The position numbers were made by a program, and so were the translations under genes. A stretch of DNA of 64,000 nt. It comes from Mobula hypostoma. Taxonomy: Eukaryota. The stretch spans positions 40,364,001 through 40,428,000 of the forward strand of contig NC_086108.1 of the NCBI RefSeq assembly GCF_963921235.1, read 5' to 3'. Under the pieces are notes generated by a model. That model was given only the letters and a program-made list of their open reading frames with translations. It ran no database searches and had not been told where the DNA came from. Shown one piece after another: positions 62,173-64,000 of the stretch (positions are counted from its first letter, which is position 1; every line of letters begins with the position of its first letter).

Positions 62173-63394
62173 TGTTCTTGCATATTCTTCAGTAGTTTCT
62201 CCACTATAGGGGTTTATTCCTCTTGCTGTGTCCAAGAAACCCAGTCCTGATAGGTAACCCTTGCCTTTTGAAGCTTGCAGTTCTGACAACAGATCTGCAA
62301 ACTTCTGTAGCTTCTGTGATTCTTTGTGTGAGAGCTTTGGAAAATGATTGAGTCTGCTGAAGGGAGATTCTTCGATTGTCTCTGGAGAGCCAAAGAATTG
62401 CCCATCCTTTGCCACAACATTTGTAAAACCTTAGCTGGATTACTATGTGCACTGCTCTAACCCTTCTTGCATGTTACAGTGACTCCCCACCAAGCCACTT
62501 ACAAAGAAGGTCTAGCTCTTTGCTAGGCCTGAGACTTAATCCAGCCATGGAGTTATGAAAGCTTGACTTCCAGGCCAGATAATTGGCAGACTGGTTGTCA
62601 GACACTTTTAGTCCTGCTGTGACTAGTCTCAATGAGCTAGACACCAAGCCAAATCTTATGCACCTGCAGCTCCAGAATGAAGGCAATGGGTGTCGTAGGA
62701 TAGATGGAAGTTCCGTCTGTCCATGTCTGTCAAATGGGATTGGCATCAGTAGTAACACTTGACTGAGGTCTTTGCTGTGGTGAATCTGCAGAAAGGTGTG
62801 TTGTGGGTCTTTGTTTTAAGACCTTGACTGTCTTAACTGGATTACGTCAAAGGCCTGTTGGCTGTCTGGTGTGGACAGCTTCTCCTTGTAGAGCTGAAGC
62901 TCGGTCTTTTTTTATAGCCAAAAGTAATTTGGACATATTCTTTAGTAAGCTTCATTGTGTGTTGTGATGGCAAAGCATGGCAGATTCTAGTTATAAACTC
63001 ACCCCTGTCAGCTGCTGCTTCATACACTTTTGCTTCTGCTGAGGCAGCCTCGGCTTCACACTCTTCCTTGAGACCACTTAAAGTAGCCTCTACACTTGCT
63101 CTCTCCACGTCCATGCGAGATTTCTCCATTTTACACCTCAGCTTTACACTTAACATAAGCTGCTGTCATTCTTGCTGCTTCAGCTCTGGCATACGGTCAT
63201 GCTGTAGTTACGCTAATGGTGGATTTGTTTGAGCATCGCTAAGATACGGTTGATGCGCCACATTCTGACCTGACTTCCAGTTCTTGGCAATTGCTGTTGT
63301 CCGGGTCGGGAGCTGACATTGTCATATATGGTGTTCAGATGCATCTCCAGTCTGCGGGCGATGCCTCTGAAGATGAATTAACTTTTTACTCTAC

Positions 63395-63656
63395 TGTTCC
63401 CTCTCAGAGTGTACATACAAAGTTGTTCAGCAAATTAAACACCTTCTCAACTGAGACTGAAGTTTTCTTTAGGATATTTAATGAGATCTTAGTTGTGAAA
63501 GTATATTGTTGTTTCAAAGGCAAATAAAGAGAGGATGGAGATGGTGTGCCTCAAAGTGAAATCTAAATTAACCCACACAGAAAATGATATAAAAACAGCT
63601 TACGTACAGGAAATGATGTTCATACAAAGCGAACTGTGCCTCCAGAGACCAGAGCA
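63395..63656 (-). repeat. 5' LTR of the BEL/Pao element
   Basis: The minus strand reads TGCTCTG...GGAACA and is followed by the internal region; aligns with 57210-57484 with many substitutions and indels. Confidence 0.85.
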
Positions 63657-64000
63657 TCCACAGTAACAATTATTTTGTTCTCCTTTACACTTGCGTACAG
63701 GAAATAACATTAAACAATCTTCAGTCTTGAATTCTGAAGTTCTCAATGAATGCCTCTCCAATGAACATCAATGAACATGATTTTATGTCCATTATATTCC
63801 ATTGCATCGCTTCAATGGGACAGAATCAAAATGTCCCACACCCAGTGATTGGTTTCAAATGCCTCAATGTATCAGTTGAGGTTACATTGTAAACCGATTT
63901 ATTTCCTGAACACGAGAGATTCTGCAGATGCTGGAAATTCAGATCAACCCACACAAGATGCTGGAGGAACTCAGTGGGTCAGGCAGCATTGATGGAGAAG

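Larger units (their letters stand above)
57210..63656 (-). mobile_element. Degenerate, internally deleted BEL/Pao LTR retrotransposon
   Basis: Minus-strand order: gag (LDTARGINP), protease (AYMILDDQSN), RT (SLNNMLLQGPDL, ADIKQMFH, LRFLW, FYVDNGL), RNase H-region (RRFHVDVYNRI, NLADHTTRG), integrase tail only. Purine-rich PPT-like GGGTGGGAAA precedes the 3' LTR. Confidence 0.9.

Overview
Eukaryotic vertebrate genomic DNA. The repeat families and the protein sequence suggest a cartilaginous fish, probably a ray (inference). The window lies inside the CD45/PTPRC gene on the + strand. Eleven phase-compatible GT-AG exons (25722-53907, 1148 nt spliced) encode two membrane-proximal FNIII domains, the TM helix, the wedge region and the first part of phosphatase domain D1. 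Positions 1-24618 are one G-rich complex satellite built from 5- and 7-mer modules, with kb-scale higher-order duplications and six short inverted islands. It appears to sit in a PTPRC intron. The remaining introns are dense in transposons: a near full-length young CR1 LINE with a candidate -1 frameshift site at its ORF1/ORF2 junction, an antisense copy of the same CR1 nested in a BEL/Pao LTR element that itself interrupts a Rex1/Babar LINE, plus RTE and older CR1 remnants, SINEs and MITEs. Most long ORFs in the supplied track (1-24.6 kb) are low-complexity artefacts. TE family names come from motif recognition, not database searches.
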